A DNA stretch of 64,000 nucleotides, taken from IMG/VR virus record IMGVR_UViG_3300041955_001975, positions 26,738 to 90,737 of that record. One strand, given 5' to 3'. Within the stretch, counting starts at the first letter, position 1; every line of letters starts with the position of its first letter. Both the position numbers and the translations under genes were made by a program. The notes under the pieces were generated by a model. It ran no database searches and had not been told where the DNA came from. It saw only the letters and a list, made by a program, of their open reading frames with translations. Source of the stretch: a virus (Duplodnaviria; Heunggongvirae; Uroviricota; Caudoviricetes). Below are positions 44,229-54,705 of the stretch, piece after piece.

Positions 44229-47200
44229 CTAAAGGATCGAGGAGCCGCGCCGAAGTTCCCGGCGGAGTTCCGTGGCGATCGACCTGCCCGTTTGACGAGC
44301 CGAGCCGCCGCCGGTGACACTGACGTTGATGTCGCCCACGTTGGTCACGCTGCCGCCGTGGGTGTGATAGCTGGGCCTGACCCCAGCGTTCATGGCCGTC
44401 AGTTGCGAGGAAAACTTCCGTGCGCTGCCGGCGTTGATGACCATCTCGCCGGGGCTGAGCATGGCGCGGATGGTGTCCGTGCCGCGAGGGAAACCTCCAC
44501 CGGCGAGGAAGTTCCAGATGGCCCCGCCCCGGGCCTGTGCCGTCTGGGGATTCAATTGGCCGGCGACGATCGGCACCTGCACCCCGTCGTAAGCGGCTTT
44601 CAGGATCTTCACCTGCTCGGCCCAGGCCGCGGTCCTGGCAGCGGCCTTGGATGTCTCCGCCGCCGCCTGACTCGTAGTAGCGCCAACATCCTTGGTGGCG
44701 TCTGCGAGGTCTTGCGAGGCGGACACTCTCCCCGGCAACGTATCGTTCAATTGCCGCAAGTGGGCCTCGCCGGCGGCTGCGGGCCCTTGGTCTTTGTCCC
44801 TGATCTGCTGCTGAGTCTTCCGACGTTGCTCTTCGAGTTCCGTAATTCTCTGGAGCCGCTCGACGTTCGTACTGATGAGCCCCTCGGTCTCGCCAGCGCC
44901 GCTAAGAGGAAAAGCGTTATATCCTTGGGCCTTTGCCTTCCAGGCTTCCACCTGGTCCTTCGTGATCGTCTCGGGCATCGTGGACGCATTGCGGATCTGT
45001 CCCAAAGTCCGATACCGATCCTCCATCATCTCGCGCGTTTCCCTGGGACTGTCGCCGGTGAAGATGCTGCCGAAGTGGATCTTCGTCATCTCCCACATCC
45101 GCTTGTCCCAGCGATTGACGTTGACCTCGCTGCTCCCTTGGACAAGCTCCCTGGTCTTGTTGATCTCACGCTGTAGGTTCTGTTCGTTGGCCTTCAGGCT
45201 CTGGTAATCGGTGCTGGCCTTCTGCTGGTCCTTCAGCTTTTGCTCCGCCGCCGCGCGGGCCTGTTGCACCGTCTTGTCCTTCATCTCCTCCATGCTCAGG
45301 CCCGCAACCTTGGCGTAGATCGGAATGATGCCCAGGCCGTGCGTGATCTGTTCGTTCAACTTCGCCAGCGTCCCGGGGGCCGCTCGCATGTCCCTGATCT
45401 GCACGTCGGTGATGCCGGCCTTCATGTTGTCCGCCATCTTGCTCCGCAAGCTGGCATAGTCCAGAAGCTTGGAGGCGTCCCACTTCTGGCTGAAGGCCAG
45501 CTCCAGGAAGGTCGAGGTGTCCTGGGCGAAGGCCGCAGCATCCTTGGTCCGCTGCTCCGCGCTCTTCGGGTTGCCCTTCTCGTCGTACTGATTGGCTTCC
45601 TTGGCAATCTGCTTGGCCAGGACCCGCATCTGGTTGGCCTGCTGCTCCTCCTTGGCGGCGGCCTGAGCGGCGGCCTGGGCCTGCTCCGCTTTGACCTTGC
45701 GAATGGCCTCCTCGTACTGGAGTCGCGTCCCCAGGAGGTTCTCGATCGTTTGCTCGGCCTCCTCCTGAAGCCGGATGTCCCCGGACGCCTTGGCCGCGGA
45801 AGCGGCCAACTGGGCGTATGCCTCCGCCCGCTTGAGGGTCAAGTCCGCCTTTTCCTGGTTCTCCGGCGAGGCCAGGTCCGAGCTGTTGCCGGCCTCATAG
45901 CCGCCGATCAAAGCGGGAGCCCCCGCCACGCTGAACGCCAGGCTCTTGGACCGCGCCAGATAGGCCGCCTCCTCCGCACGCGCCGCCTCCTTGGCGTCCT
46001 TGTACGCCGCGGCCTTCTTCTTCAAGTCAACATCAAACCGCGTGTCGGCCAGCTTCGTTTGAAGATCGAGGGTCCTTTTCTGGGACTTCTCGATGTCCTT
46101 CTCGTCTTCCTTCGCCAGGTCACGCAGTAGGTGGGAGCCCTTTTCCTTGGCGGAGATCAATTGCTCCATCGTGGACTTGGTGCTGGCGACCAGGTTTCCG
46201 TCCGACTTCTTGGCGGCGTCAAGCTCGTCGTCGTAGACCTTGCTGACCTGCGCGATGTACTGGAGACCGCGCTGCACGATCTTGCCGTACAACTCGTCGC
46301 TTGCGCGAATCCGCTCCCGATTGGCCGCGTCCTTCTTCTTGATCTCCTCGTCTTGCTCGGCCTCGAACTGCCTGGCGGCCTCCGCCGTCGCCTCGTGCAT
46401 CTTGGTGTCCACAAAATTGAAAGTCGCCCAGCCCGCCAAGACGGTCATCGCCCCCGAAGCGGCAAAACCAAAAGCCTTCATCTCGAACGTGGCGGCCTTG
46501 GCCTGCATCGAGGCGAGGGCAAAATAAGTCCCGATCGCCGTGATCGCGCCTACGAAAACCGTCGCCGGTCCGATGACGGCGCTGATGGCGGACTTGAGCG
46601 TGCCCACGCCGCCCACGAAATCCACGATCTTGGCGAGGCTCTGCACAAGACTCTCGCCGAGGTCCGTGGCGATGTAAGTCTTCAGGTCATTGATTTCTTT
46701 GTTGAGCCTGAAGGCGTCGGTGGCCTTGAACTTCGCACTCTCACTCTCCAGCAGCGCCGCACCGGACTTCCTCATGTTGTCGTAGCCGGCTGCCGCCGCA
46801 TTGGCATTGGGTCCCGTGTCCGTGAGGATGGCGTTAAGGGCCCGGACATTCGGGATCAGCTTCAGAATGCTCTGGAGATCGTTGTCCTGGCTGTTGGCCA
46901 GCGCTTGCAGCGCACCGATCAGGCCGCCCGACATGGCGATGAACTGCTCCCCGGAGTCGGCACCGAAGTTCTTCTTGAGGGCCTCGTGCAAGGGTCCAGA
47001 ATCCTTGGCCAAGGCCACCATGACGCTGCGCAGGGAGGTGATCGCTTCTGCCGGCTTGACGCCGGCCACCGTCAGTCGCTCGGTCGATGCGCCGACATCA
47101 TCAAGGCTGACGCCCAGGGCGTGGGCCGTGGACATGACCTTGCCCCAGGTCGCGGCGATCTCCTCGCCACGGACCCGGCCGTCCCGGATCACCTGGAAGA

Positions 47201-48059
47201 ACTTGCCCGCGATAACCGACGATTGGCTGGCTTCCATGCCGTAGGCGCGCAGCCCCCCGGTGACAAGATTGGTCGCCGTATTGAGCGACATGCAGCCCAC
47301 CCTGGCCAGGTCCGTTGCAGCGCTCATGACCTGGGCGCGGTCGGCGGCATTCGTATAGGCGGCGGATACGGCCTGGTACTCGGCCTCCACCACCTGTCCC
47401 ACGGGAAAGGCGGAGGCACTAGCCAGATCGGCGGTCTCCTTCTTCAAGGACTCAATGGCCCCGATGGGACCACCCATAATGGCATTCAGTTCGGAAATCC
47501 GCGTGGAGAACTCAAGGTTTGAGGACACCGCCTCCTGAAAAGCGTCCCGGACCATGCTCAGGCCCCGCACGATGGCCTGGGTGAAGACCACGCGCGACAG
47601 CGTCCGCAGGCTGACCAGGAAATCTAGTGACGCATCCTTCGCGGGCTTGACGGCCGGAGCGATCGGCGCAAAGCCGCCGGGAACCACTTTCCCGATGTTC
47701 TCGCCCTCACCGGCAATGTCCCGCAGGTCCTTCTTCATCTGCTCCGCCACGCCGGACGGAAGCCAGAGCTTCGACGACGGCGCGGGGGCCGGAGGAACGA
47801 TCGGTGCGGCCGGCGCTTGCGTGTGCTTACTCATGGATGAGCTGAGCTTCTCCATCGCAGAAGCAGCACTGGTGGCATACGTGGCCATCTCCTTGAGGTG
47901 GCCGATGGTCGCACTGGCACCACTATTCCAGGTAGACATGGCCTGGCCGAGGGAACCGAAGCGGCCCTCCAACTGCCCCATCTGCTCGTCCATCTTGGAG
48001 AGCGCAGCCAGGGCATCGCTCACGTCCCAGCCCAGCTTCTGAATGAGTTCATCTGCCAT
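44229..48059 (-). CDS. tail tape measure protein
   Basis: 1276 aa, strongly alpha-helical A/E/K/Q-rich composition, positioned between chaperone-like ORFs and tail-tip genes. Confidence 0.75.
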   Translation of the reverse strand: MADELIQKLGWDVSDALAALSKMDEQMGQLEGRFGSLGQAMSTWNSGASATIGHLKEMATYATSAASAMEKLSSSMSKHTQAPAAPIVPPAPAPSSKLWLPSGVAEQMKKDLRDIAGEGENIGKVVPGGFAPIAPAVKPAKDASLDFLVSLRTLSRVVFTQAIVRGLSMVRDAFQEAVSSNLEFSTRISELNAIMGGPIGAIESLKKETADLASASAFPVGQVVEAEYQAVSAAYTNAADRAQVMSAATDLARVGCMSLNTATNLVTGGLRAYGMEASQSSVIAGKFFQVIRDGRVRGEEIAATWGKVMSTAHALGVSLDDVGASTERLTVAGVKPAEAITSLRSVMVALAKDSGPLHEALKKNFGADSGEQFIAMSGGLIGALQALANSQDNDLQSILKLIPNVRALNAILTDTGPNANAAAAGYDNMRKSGAALLESESAKFKATDAFRLNKEINDLKTYIATDLGESLVQSLAKIVDFVGGVGTLKSAISAVIGPATVFVGAITAIGTYFALASMQAKAATFEMKAFGFAASGAMTVLAGWATFNFVDTKMHEATAEAARQFEAEQDEEIKKKDAANRERIRASDELYGKIVQRGLQYIAQVSKVYDDELDAAKKSDGNLVASTKSTMEQLISAKEKGSHLLRDLAKEDEKDIEKSQKRTLDLQTKLADTRFDVDLKKKAAAYKDAKEAARAEEAAYLARSKSLAFSVAGAPALIGGYEAGNSSDLASPENQEKADLTLKRAEAYAQLAASAAKASGDIRLQEEAEQTIENLLGTRLQYEEAIRKVKAEQAQAAAQAAAKEEQQANQMRVLAKQIAKEANQYDEKGNPKSAEQRTKDAAAFAQDTSTFLELAFSQKWDASKLLDYASLRSKMADNMKAGITDVQIRDMRAAPGTLAKLNEQITHGLGIIPIYAKVAGLSMEEMKDKTVQQARAAAEQKLKDQQKASTDYQSLKANEQNLQREINKTRELVQGSSEVNVNRWDKRMWEMTKIHFGSIFTGDSPRETREMMEDRYRTLGQIRNASTMPETITKDQVEAWKAKAQGYNAFPLSGAGETEGLISTNVERLQRITELEEQRRKTQQQIRDKDQGPAAAGEAHLRQLNDTLPGRVSASQDLADATKDVGATTSQAAAETSKAAARTAAWAEQVKILKAAYDGVQVPIVAGQLNPQTAQARGGAIWNFLAGGGFPRGTDTIRAMLSPGEMVINAGSARKFSSQLTAMNAGVRPSYHTHGGSVTNVGDINVSVTGGGSARQTGRSIATELRRELRRGSSIL

Positions 48060-48063
48060 GCGG

Positions 48064-48579
48064 CTACCCTGCTTTGATCGTCTCGGCCTTGATGAAGGGT
48101 TTCACGCTCGGCAGACGTACACCGTCCGCAAAGTGCAGAAAAGCGACCAGTCCCTTGGCTTGAAACTCATAAGGGCCCGGCTTCTTGAGCACGGCCGGCG
48201 GCGGCCACTTGGTAGGGTCAGGGTCCACGTTGGCGTCGTTGAACTCGTTCCATATCAGCCAGGGCAGCGTCGTCTGGTAGGTGAAGGTGTAGTGCCCCGC
48301 CGGCTCGTTGACGCTCAGCTTGCTCCCCGTGCTCTCGCTCATTCCCTGACTGATGCGGTCGTTGGTCACCGGCGCGTTAGGCACCGACATGCCGATCGTG
48401 TCGGCGAGCACGGCGAAGGTGGCGCGGGACGCGCCGCTCCAACTGGGAATCTCCTCCAGAACCCTGGTGAGCCATTCCACCAGGGCCTGCGCAAGGGTCT
48501 CGCGCATGGCCTTGTCCAAGGCGGCGCGGTAGCCATCAAGGTCAATCCGCGGCGCGGCAAACTGTCCCGTGCATTTCAT
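48064..48579 (-). CDS. putative tail assembly chaperone
   Basis: Position immediately upstream of the tape measure gene. Start set at MKCTGQF. Confidence 0.3.
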   Translation of the reverse strand: MKCTGQFAAPRIDLDGYRAALDKAMRETLAQALVEWLTRVLEEIPSWSGASRATFAVLADTIGMSVPNAPVTNDRISQGMSESTGSKLSVNEPAGHYTFTYQTTLPWLIWNEFNDANVDPDPTKWPPPAVLKKPGPYEFQAKGLVAFLHFADGVRLPSVKPFIKAETIKAG

Positions 48580-48741
48580 GGTCAACAGCCTCCGCTTACC
48601 CGATGGGCATCCTTGCCCCGGCCAATTGAGCTTCCCGTTCCGCTTCGTCGTGGCTGCGGGTTTGGTGGTAGGCGATGAGGAGTGCTTGCGCTTCAACGCC
48701 GCACTCATCCCAGCTCGGCTGTACGCCGGGAGGCAGAATCC

Positions 48742-49302
48742 CTAGCCGTTCGCAGGCTCCCCAGACGACGTATTCGCCGGTTCGGTCTGGAGGCCAGAGG
48801 ACACGGCAGCCGCCTGCTCCAGACCAGCAAGAAAAAGCTTCCGTGCCCTCTCGATCTTGTCGTCATCGAGGCTGTTGGCTTCCAGCACCAGGCCGGTCAC
48901 CCGGTTGACCTCGAACTGATTGAGTCCACCGTTCTTCAGGTCGGTCTCCCAGTTGCCCCACGTCGCCGGGTTGGCGATGTCCACCGTGTCCCAGGTGATC
49001 TCCGAGGGCTCCAGCGACTTGACGGCCATGTAGCCCAGCCGCTTGGTGCCCCACATCGTAAGCAACTGCTGGTAGCTCGGGTCGTTGGTGTTGGGGATGA
49101 AGCCGTCCTTGGTCAGCTTCCCCGGCGGCTTGGGTGCCGGGCAGATGGTGCTGAACTCGCTCATGTCCTTCAGGCCGTGGGCGCGAAACACGAGCTGCGT
49201 GTCGCCCCGGGGCAGGACCAAAAGGAATTCGCGGGACAAGGTGGTGGGGTCGATGCCGCCGATCTTCACGTGCGTTTCTCCCTCGCAAATGGAAGTTGTC
49301 AA
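48742..49302 (-). CDS. putative tail assembly chaperone / tail protein
   Basis: 186 aa between the tail tube candidate and the tape measure gene; TTG start. Confidence 0.3.
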   Translation of the reverse strand: MTTSICEGETHVKIGGIDPTTLSREFLLVLPRGDTQLVFRAHGLKDMSEFSTICPAPKPPGKLTKDGFIPNTNDPSYQQLLTMWGTKRLGYMAVKSLEPSEITWDTVDIANPATWGNWETDLKNGGLNQFEVNRVTGLVLEANSLDDDKIERARKLFLAGLEQAAAVSSGLQTEPANTSSGEPANG

Positions 49303-49354
49303 GAAAGGTCAGCGCCGGCACGATTGCCGGCGCTGTTTGGAATCTCCGCAGGGC

Positions 49355-50503
49355 TTAGATGGGCTGCGGCGAGGTCTGCGGAACCCGGGTCACGACGGCC
49401 TGGGTGATGTTGCACTTGCCGGCCACGGAAATCATGGCCTTGGAGTAGTCGATGGCCCGCGACTCCACGCGGAAGTCCGGGAAGTCCGTGTACTCGATGT
49501 CCGCCCCGTAGCAGGGCGGCACGTACTCGATCGTCACATCGACGGCGTGAGGCTCGCACGGATCGGGCCCGGAGGTGACCCACTCGGCCGCCCCATTGAT
49601 GCCCTTGAGCGCATCCATCGGGCAAATCTGCTCGCCCGTGCCCGTGGTGATGTGCTCGTAGACGCACTCGAACTTCATCTCCACCGGGACCTCATTGCCC
49701 TCCCGCACGGCGTCCAGGTTGCCGCGCTCAAGGTCGTACTTGTACTCCAGCTTCTCGGTGTAGTCGCAGTTGCCTTCGCCGATCTTGATCTCCAGCCGCT
49801 GCGAGTAGAACGAGATCAGGTCGTCGTCGGCGTAGGCGGAGGTCGCGGCCCCCAAGGCCGGCGAGAAGGTGATCGCCGTGGTCACGGTATTGGGAGTCGG
49901 CACGACGCCGGTCTGCACGCTGGCGATCGTCACCACGGTGCAGCCCGTGGGGCCAGTGAGGTCCGCGCCGTTGGCCGTCATGAGGGTCTGGGGCGCGTTG
50001 CCTTGCAGGCCCTTGAACTCGACGATCCATGCGCCGGGCACGCCGGTCACGGCCCAATCCGAAGAGGAGAAGTTGGTGTCCGCCGCCACCAGGGCCGCGA
50101 GCACGTCCGTCGTGGCAGCGCTGTAGGCGATGGGTGCGGTCGTGAAGCCGTAGCAGGACAAGGTAAAGGTCCCGCCCGTGGGCGCAGCCGCCCCGGTGGC
50201 CAGCGTGACCGACTGCTTGGCGTCCGCGCCCGCGTTCGTGCCCTGGGTGCGGCCGGTGACAACGTGGACGGTTGGACCCGTCGAGCCCAGCGCCTCGGAA
50301 GCCAGCGTGAAGCGCGCCCCCACGGGAATCTTCGTCGGTGCCGCCGCGCGGGGAATGTTCACGTTGTCCACCGTCAGCGTGGATGCGCCCTGAACCGGGG
50401 CCACAGCGGCCTGGGCGGTGGGCAGAGTGACGCCGTCGACGCCGGGCAGGCCGAGCCCGTCCTTGAGCGTGATCGTGCAGTAACGCAGTTCAATACGTGC
50501 CAT
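49355..50503 (-). CDS. putative major tail (tube) protein
   Basis: 382 aa, Thr/Ala/Gly/Val-rich, upstream of the chaperone-TMP block in canonical synteny. Confidence 0.4.
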   Translation of the reverse strand: MARIELRYCTITLKDGLGLPGVDGVTLPTAQAAVAPVQGASTLTVDNVNIPRAAAPTKIPVGARFTLASEALGSTGPTVHVVTGRTQGTNAGADAKQSVTLATGAAAPTGGTFTLSCYGFTTAPIAYSAATTDVLAALVAADTNFSSSDWAVTGVPGAWIVEFKGLQGNAPQTLMTANGADLTGPTGCTVVTIASVQTGVVPTPNTVTTAITFSPALGAATSAYADDDLISFYSQRLEIKIGEGNCDYTEKLEYKYDLERGNLDAVREGNEVPVEMKFECVYEHITTGTGEQICPMDALKGINGAAEWVTSGPDPCEPHAVDVTIEYVPPCYGADIEYTDFPDFRVESRAIDYSKAMISVAGKCNITQAVVTRVPQTSPQPI

Positions 50504-50539
50504 CTCAGTTACCTTTTTTCATGGGTTAAGGATGCCGGG

Positions 50540-51052
50540 CTAAATGTTGCCGTCACCCGTGTGGTTCGTCACATACGACAGATACCGGGCATCCACGAGG
50601 GTCTGCTTGATCCGGTCGGTCAAGTCGGCCTGTCCAAAGTGCAGCACCCGCACCCCGCTGCCGCGCTCCTTGCGCGGCTCCATGACGCCGACAATGACCG
50701 TGCTGTCGTCGCCTTCTTGGTTGCCGTACTTGTAGATCGGGATGGGAGCGTCAAGGGCGGCCTGGAATGCGCCGACGGCTTGGAGAATGGCGTACTGGTT
50801 CTTGCCGCCCTCGTAGCGGCTGACAAACAGCGCGTTGGCATCCACGGAAAGTTCGTAGTAGTTGCGGCTCAGGTCCCGGGTGAACGGGCCGGTGATGCGG
50901 ATCTCAACCCGGTCCGTAGCCTCCATAAAGGCTGTGGTCCGTTCGTCCAGGCCCTCCACCATGACCGGCAGATTACAGCTTTCCGCCACCCCCTTGAGCA
51001 AAGTTGCCAAGGAGGCAAAGACCCATCGCGCCCAATTAGGATCAACGCTCAT
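50540..51052 (-). CDS. head-tail joining / tail completion protein (by position)
   Basis: 170 aa between capsid and tail tube genes. Confidence 0.3.
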   Translation of the reverse strand: MSVDPNWARWVFASLATLLKGVAESCNLPVMVEGLDERTTAFMEATDRVEIRITGPFTRDLSRNYYELSVDANALFVSRYEGGKNQYAILQAVGAFQAALDAPIPIYKYGNQEGDDSTVIVGVMEPRKERGSGVRVLHFGQADLTDRIKQTLVDARYLSYVTNHTGDGNI

Positions 51053-51061
51053 GGGCGGCTC

Positions 51062-51568
51062 CTATGCGTGAGTGCCGGCGTCAGCCAGCGACAAGCCGTC
51101 CGTAGCCGATAGGAAAAGCAACTGCATCCCTTCCGCGCGGCCCACGAGTTCCTTCCCGATGGCGACCCATGCGGTGCCGTAGGGATACTCGGTCACGGTG
51201 TCGAGGTCATAGTGCCGGCTGTCGAAGACGATCCAATCGTCCTTCCGCAGCACGAAGTCCCGCGGCACGTCCCTGCGGTCAATGATGAAGGTCCGCTTGC
51301 CCACGTCAAAGCCGCCGCCCTGGACCATCTGCTTCTGGGCCGTGATGAGCGAGATGCTCTGCTTGGCGTCCCGCGTGACCACCCCTTGCAGAACCACGGC
51401 CCGGCGGACCCTCAGCGTCGTAATCGTCAGGCTGGTATCTCCCGTCTGGGAGTTCGACGTGGCGGCAGCCTTGGTACGGACGAGGATCGGCGCACCGTAC
51501 TGCTTCTTCATGGCGTAGATGTTGTGCGCGACATGATAGTGCGTCGTGTCGTTGTAAGGGGGTCTCAT
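51062..51568 (-). CDS. head-tail connector/adaptor protein (by position)
   Basis: 168 aa, head-tail junction synteny. Confidence 0.3.
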   Translation of the reverse strand: MRPPYNDTTHYHVAHNIYAMKKQYGAPILVRTKAAATSNSQTGDTSLTITTLRVRRAVVLQGVVTRDAKQSISLITAQKQMVQGGGFDVGKRTFIIDRRDVPRDFVLRKDDWIVFDSRHYDLDTVTEYPYGTAWVAIGKELVGRAEGMQLLFLSATDGLSLADAGTHA

Positions 51569-51577
51569 GGTCGGCCT

Positions 51578-51871
51578 CTACTTGGGGCCCAGGCACTTTT
51601 GCTTCAGGGGGCACTCGAAGCGCTCATCGAGAGCCTTTTCCAGCCGTTCCATGACATTCGTGTTTTGGGTAATCACTTCCGTGCAGCGCTCGACCATCGG
51701 CAGCAGCACGTTGCGCTGCTCGTCTTCGAGCAGGTCGATCCGGTTTCCCATCCTGGTTTCCCGATTCCAGCCCTGCCAGAGCAGGTACACGACCACCAGG
51801 ACCAGCGGGCCGTATTGTTTGAGCAAGGGGAAAATCTCAGTGAACGTAACGTCGGCCAGTAGGTAGGTCAT
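51578..51871 (-). CDS. small single-pass membrane protein (holin-like topology)
   Basis: From MTYLLADVTFTEIFPLLKQYGPLVLVVVYLLWQGW, one TM helix. Placed after the post-capsid terminator hairpin. Confidence 0.3.
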   Translation of the reverse strand: MTYLLADVTFTEIFPLLKQYGPLVLVVVYLLWQGWNRETRMGNRIDLLEDEQRNVLLPMVERCTEVITQNTNVMERLEKALDERFECPLKQKCLGPK

Positions 51872-51903
51872 CGCCTTGCCTCCCTTCGTCGAAAGAAAGG
51901 CCG

Positions 51904-51930
51904 CCCCGCCCGGATACCGTCCGGGCGGGG
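51904..51930 (-). terminator. candidate intrinsic terminator downstream of the major capsid gene
   Basis: 10-bp GC stem CCCCGCCCGG / CCGGGCGGGG with a 7-nt loop, followed on the minus strand by CCTTTCTTTCG. Confidence 0.4.
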
Positions 51931-51977
51931 CAAGCCTCTTCGTTGCGAGACACACCGCGGCAGGTCCAAGGACCCGC

Positions 51978-53432
51978 TTAGCCTTGCAGCACGACTGCCA
52001 GGTTGGTGTCGAGAATGGCGACCCCGGCGAGGATGTCGAGGTTGACGATCGTTCCGCCGTTGACCACGCTGTACTGCATCGAGACCCGCATGGCGATGTC
52101 GTTGTAGACACCGACGTGCGCCAACACGCCCATCGCGTTGTTGGGGATGGCCAGGGGGCGGGTGACCAGGGCGATGGCGTTCCGGTGGAAGGCCAGATTC
52201 ATGGCCCCGGCCGGCCCGGGGAAGCAGAGGTCGCCGGCGTTCACCGTGTTGTCCAGCGGCCGATCCAGGAGGATCGTCTGGGTGTTGCTGCCGCTGTAGG
52301 TGGACTCGATCACCGTGTAGGTCGCCCGGCCGCTGCCGGTGCCGAAGGCCACCAACTGGCCGATGGACGGCGCGTTGGTCCAGCCGGTGACGGGAATCCC
52401 CTGGGACCAGCCGGCGAGGTAGTTGCTGCCGGCGGCCACCTTGCAGGACTCGTAGACCGTCAAGACCGCCCCGGCGGACGTGGCGTACTTGTTGGCCTCG
52501 TTCAGGGTGATCGCCGTGGTGGTGCCGCTGGTCGGGTACGGTCCGCCCGTGACGGTGGCCGCGGTGATGACGGTCGGCTGATCGTTGCCGGCCACGACGG
52601 CGAAGCAGCCCACGTCGGCGGCGATGGCCAGGGTCACGGTCTGGCTGGGACCGGCAGGGGCCGTGCCGAAGACGGCGGCGGCCAGGGCGTTGGTGACCGC
52701 GCCCACGGTCACGTCGGACTTGCTCGCCGACGCGCTATTGACGTTCTGATCCATGTAGGTATCGAACCCGAGAATCCGTCCCAGGGTCGCGCTCTCCAAG
52801 GATGTGCCGAAGTCACCCCGTTGCTGGGCGGCGATGAACAGCTCGTTCTTCAGCAGCGCGGTCTCGCTGACCGGGGCCAGGACCAGGTTGCGGCCCTCCA
52901 GCGGGGCCTTGTTGACGTTCAACTGCTCGCGGGCCTCCAGCACGTAGTCCTTGCTGTTGGCGGCGTTGAGGTTCGCCAGCCGGCCGACGCGCTGCGTCGG
53001 GCCGCCGAGGAAGCCGTGGACCTGGCCGAGGACGGCGCGGTCCACCGAGCGGGCGATGGTAATCATGCCGGGCCGGAGGTAGATGTCCACCAGGTCTTGG
53101 AAGGACTGGCTGGCCTCGCCGTCCTTGATGGTGAAGTTGGCGTAGAACCACTGGTTCAACGGCACCGGGACTTTGGTCGCCGAGGCGTCCTGCGGCACCA
53201 GGGGCACGCCGTCCGACTTGCGGCTGATGGCGAAGTTGCCGGGCCGGCGGGTGTTGACCACGTCGCCAAACTGGCGGATCTCGTTCTCGAAGTCGCGGTG
53301 GACCAGGTTGGCGATGACCATGTTCTCCTGGAGGATGGCCAGGCCCTCATTCGCCCACAGCTCGGGGATGAAAGCGCTGTTGTCGTTGTCGAAGCAGACG
53401 AAACGAGCGCGGGCGGCGTACAACAGATTCAT
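51978..53432 (-). CDS. major capsid protein
   Basis: 484 aa immediately downstream of the scaffold gene. Gly/Ala/Thr/Val-rich composition typical of HK97-fold coat proteins. Shares its N-terminal 15 aa with the scaffold. Confidence 0.6.
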   Translation of the reverse strand: MNLLYAARARFVCFDNDNSAFIPELWANEGLAILQENMVIANLVHRDFENEIRQFGDVVNTRRPGNFAISRKSDGVPLVPQDASATKVPVPLNQWFYANFTIKDGEASQSFQDLVDIYLRPGMITIARSVDRAVLGQVHGFLGGPTQRVGRLANLNAANSKDYVLEAREQLNVNKAPLEGRNLVLAPVSETALLKNELFIAAQQRGDFGTSLESATLGRILGFDTYMDQNVNSASASKSDVTVGAVTNALAAAVFGTAPAGPSQTVTLAIAADVGCFAVVAGNDQPTVITAATVTGGPYPTSGTTTAITLNEANKYATSAGAVLTVYESCKVAAGSNYLAGWSQGIPVTGWTNAPSIGQLVAFGTGSGRATYTVIESTYSGSNTQTILLDRPLDNTVNAGDLCFPGPAGAMNLAFHRNAIALVTRPLAIPNNAMGVLAHVGVYNDIAMRVSMQYSVVNGGTIVNLDILAGVAILDTNLAVVLQG

Positions 53433-53575
53433 GGTAGAACTCCAAAGGTTGTCACATCGAGAAACGCCGAGGGCCGTCTACATCGACGGTCCAACACACA
53501 GGCTATCTCCCGAAATAAAAGAGCCGTGTAGAAACGGCGATCGCTCGGATTGTTGAACAACCCCTGTCCAGCCGC

Positions 53576-54457
53576 TTAGACGCTGCGGCGCTTGTCGCGG
53601 CGGAGTCCGAGCAACTCAGGGTTCTTTGCTCGAATGTCCTGGTACTGCTGAGGCGTGAGCTTTCTCACGTCCAGCTTGCCGCTGGAACCCGGCGCAATGC
53701 CGCCGGTTGCTGAACTCGCACCGATGCCGGAGACGACACCGGACTTGAACAAATTGCCGTAGCGGGCGGGCAGCTCCTTCATCCGCTTCACGGCCGACTC
53801 GGGCGTGTGGAGGGTCACGCTGGGCTCGCCGGTGTTGGGGTCCGTGTCGGGGAAATCGACCACGACCTTGAACTTGCCGGTGCCCTTCTTCGTCTTCTCG
53901 TCGAGTTCCTCCGAGATACGGGTCATGCCGCGGAGCATGGTCACGACCTGCTCCGGCTGCCAGGATTCGCCGGTCACGGCGGCGTCTTGCAGCGCCCGCT
54001 CGACCATGCTCTCCCGGTAGCGGTTCTCCCACAGCACGCGGCCCTTCTTCTCCTCCTCCACCTTGGTGTTGAATTGCTCTTCGAGCTGCTTCCGTTCGTG
54101 GGCCTGCTGTTGCTCGCGGGTCCTCGTCTCCTTCTGCATGTCTTCCAACCGCTGGGCAAGCTGCTCGCGCTCTTGCGTCGTCAGATTCTTGCTGGTCAGC
54201 GTCTCCTCCAAGGTCTGCTGGATCTTGGTGATCTGCGCCTGGTGCTTCCTGCGGTCCTCGGCCAAAAGCCGGTTCAGGTCGTCCTGAGTGAACTTGGGCG
54301 GCTCCTGGAGGTTCAGTCCGGCGGCGGCGGCAGCGGCGGCAGCGGCCTGGGCCTTGGCCTGCTCCTGGGCTTGAGCCTGGGCCTGGGCTTGGGCGGCGGC
54401 AGCGTCCTCGGCGGCGTCGAAGCAAACGAGACGGGCGCGAGTGGTGTAACGATTCAT
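53576..54457 (-). CDS. scaffolding protein
   Basis: Coiled-coil Q/E/A-rich (AQAQAQAQEQAKAQAAAAAAA, EQQQAHERKQLEEQ), placed upstream of the capsid gene. Confidence 0.6.
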   Translation of the reverse strand: MNRYTTRARLVCFDAAEDAAAAQAQAQAQAQEQAKAQAAAAAAAAAGLNLQEPPKFTQDDLNRLLAEDRRKHQAQITKIQQTLEETLTSKNLTTQEREQLAQRLEDMQKETRTREQQQAHERKQLEEQFNTKVEEEKKGRVLWENRYRESMVERALQDAAVTGESWQPEQVVTMLRGMTRISEELDEKTKKGTGKFKVVVDFPDTDPNTGEPSVTLHTPESAVKRMKELPARYGNLFKSGVVSGIGASSATGGIAPGSSGKLDVRKLTPQQYQDIRAKNPELLGLRRDKRRSV

Positions 54458-54577
54458 TGAGAAATCCTTCGCCCCACATCATGTAACGCAAGCAATCCGC
54501 TGGCTGTGGGTGGCCAAGGAATCAGCGTCATCGGACCCGATGCAAACCATCGGTAGTGCGCCGAAGAACTCGGCAGT

Positions 54578-54599
54578 AGAAAGACCGCGCTGGCGGTCT
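54578..54599 (-). terminator. candidate intrinsic terminator between gene 54706..55275 and the scaffold gene
   Basis: Hairpin AAGACCGC-cagc-GCGGTCTT followed on the minus strand by TCTACT. Confidence 0.3.
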
Positions 54600-54705
54600 T
54601 AATTCTTCGTGGAAAGATAGGCCCCGAGGCCCATCTGAGAAATCTGTGCGAGGTTCTCTTCGATCCTCTTCAGGTGCTTGTCCTCTTCATGTTGTTGCCG
54701 CTGCA

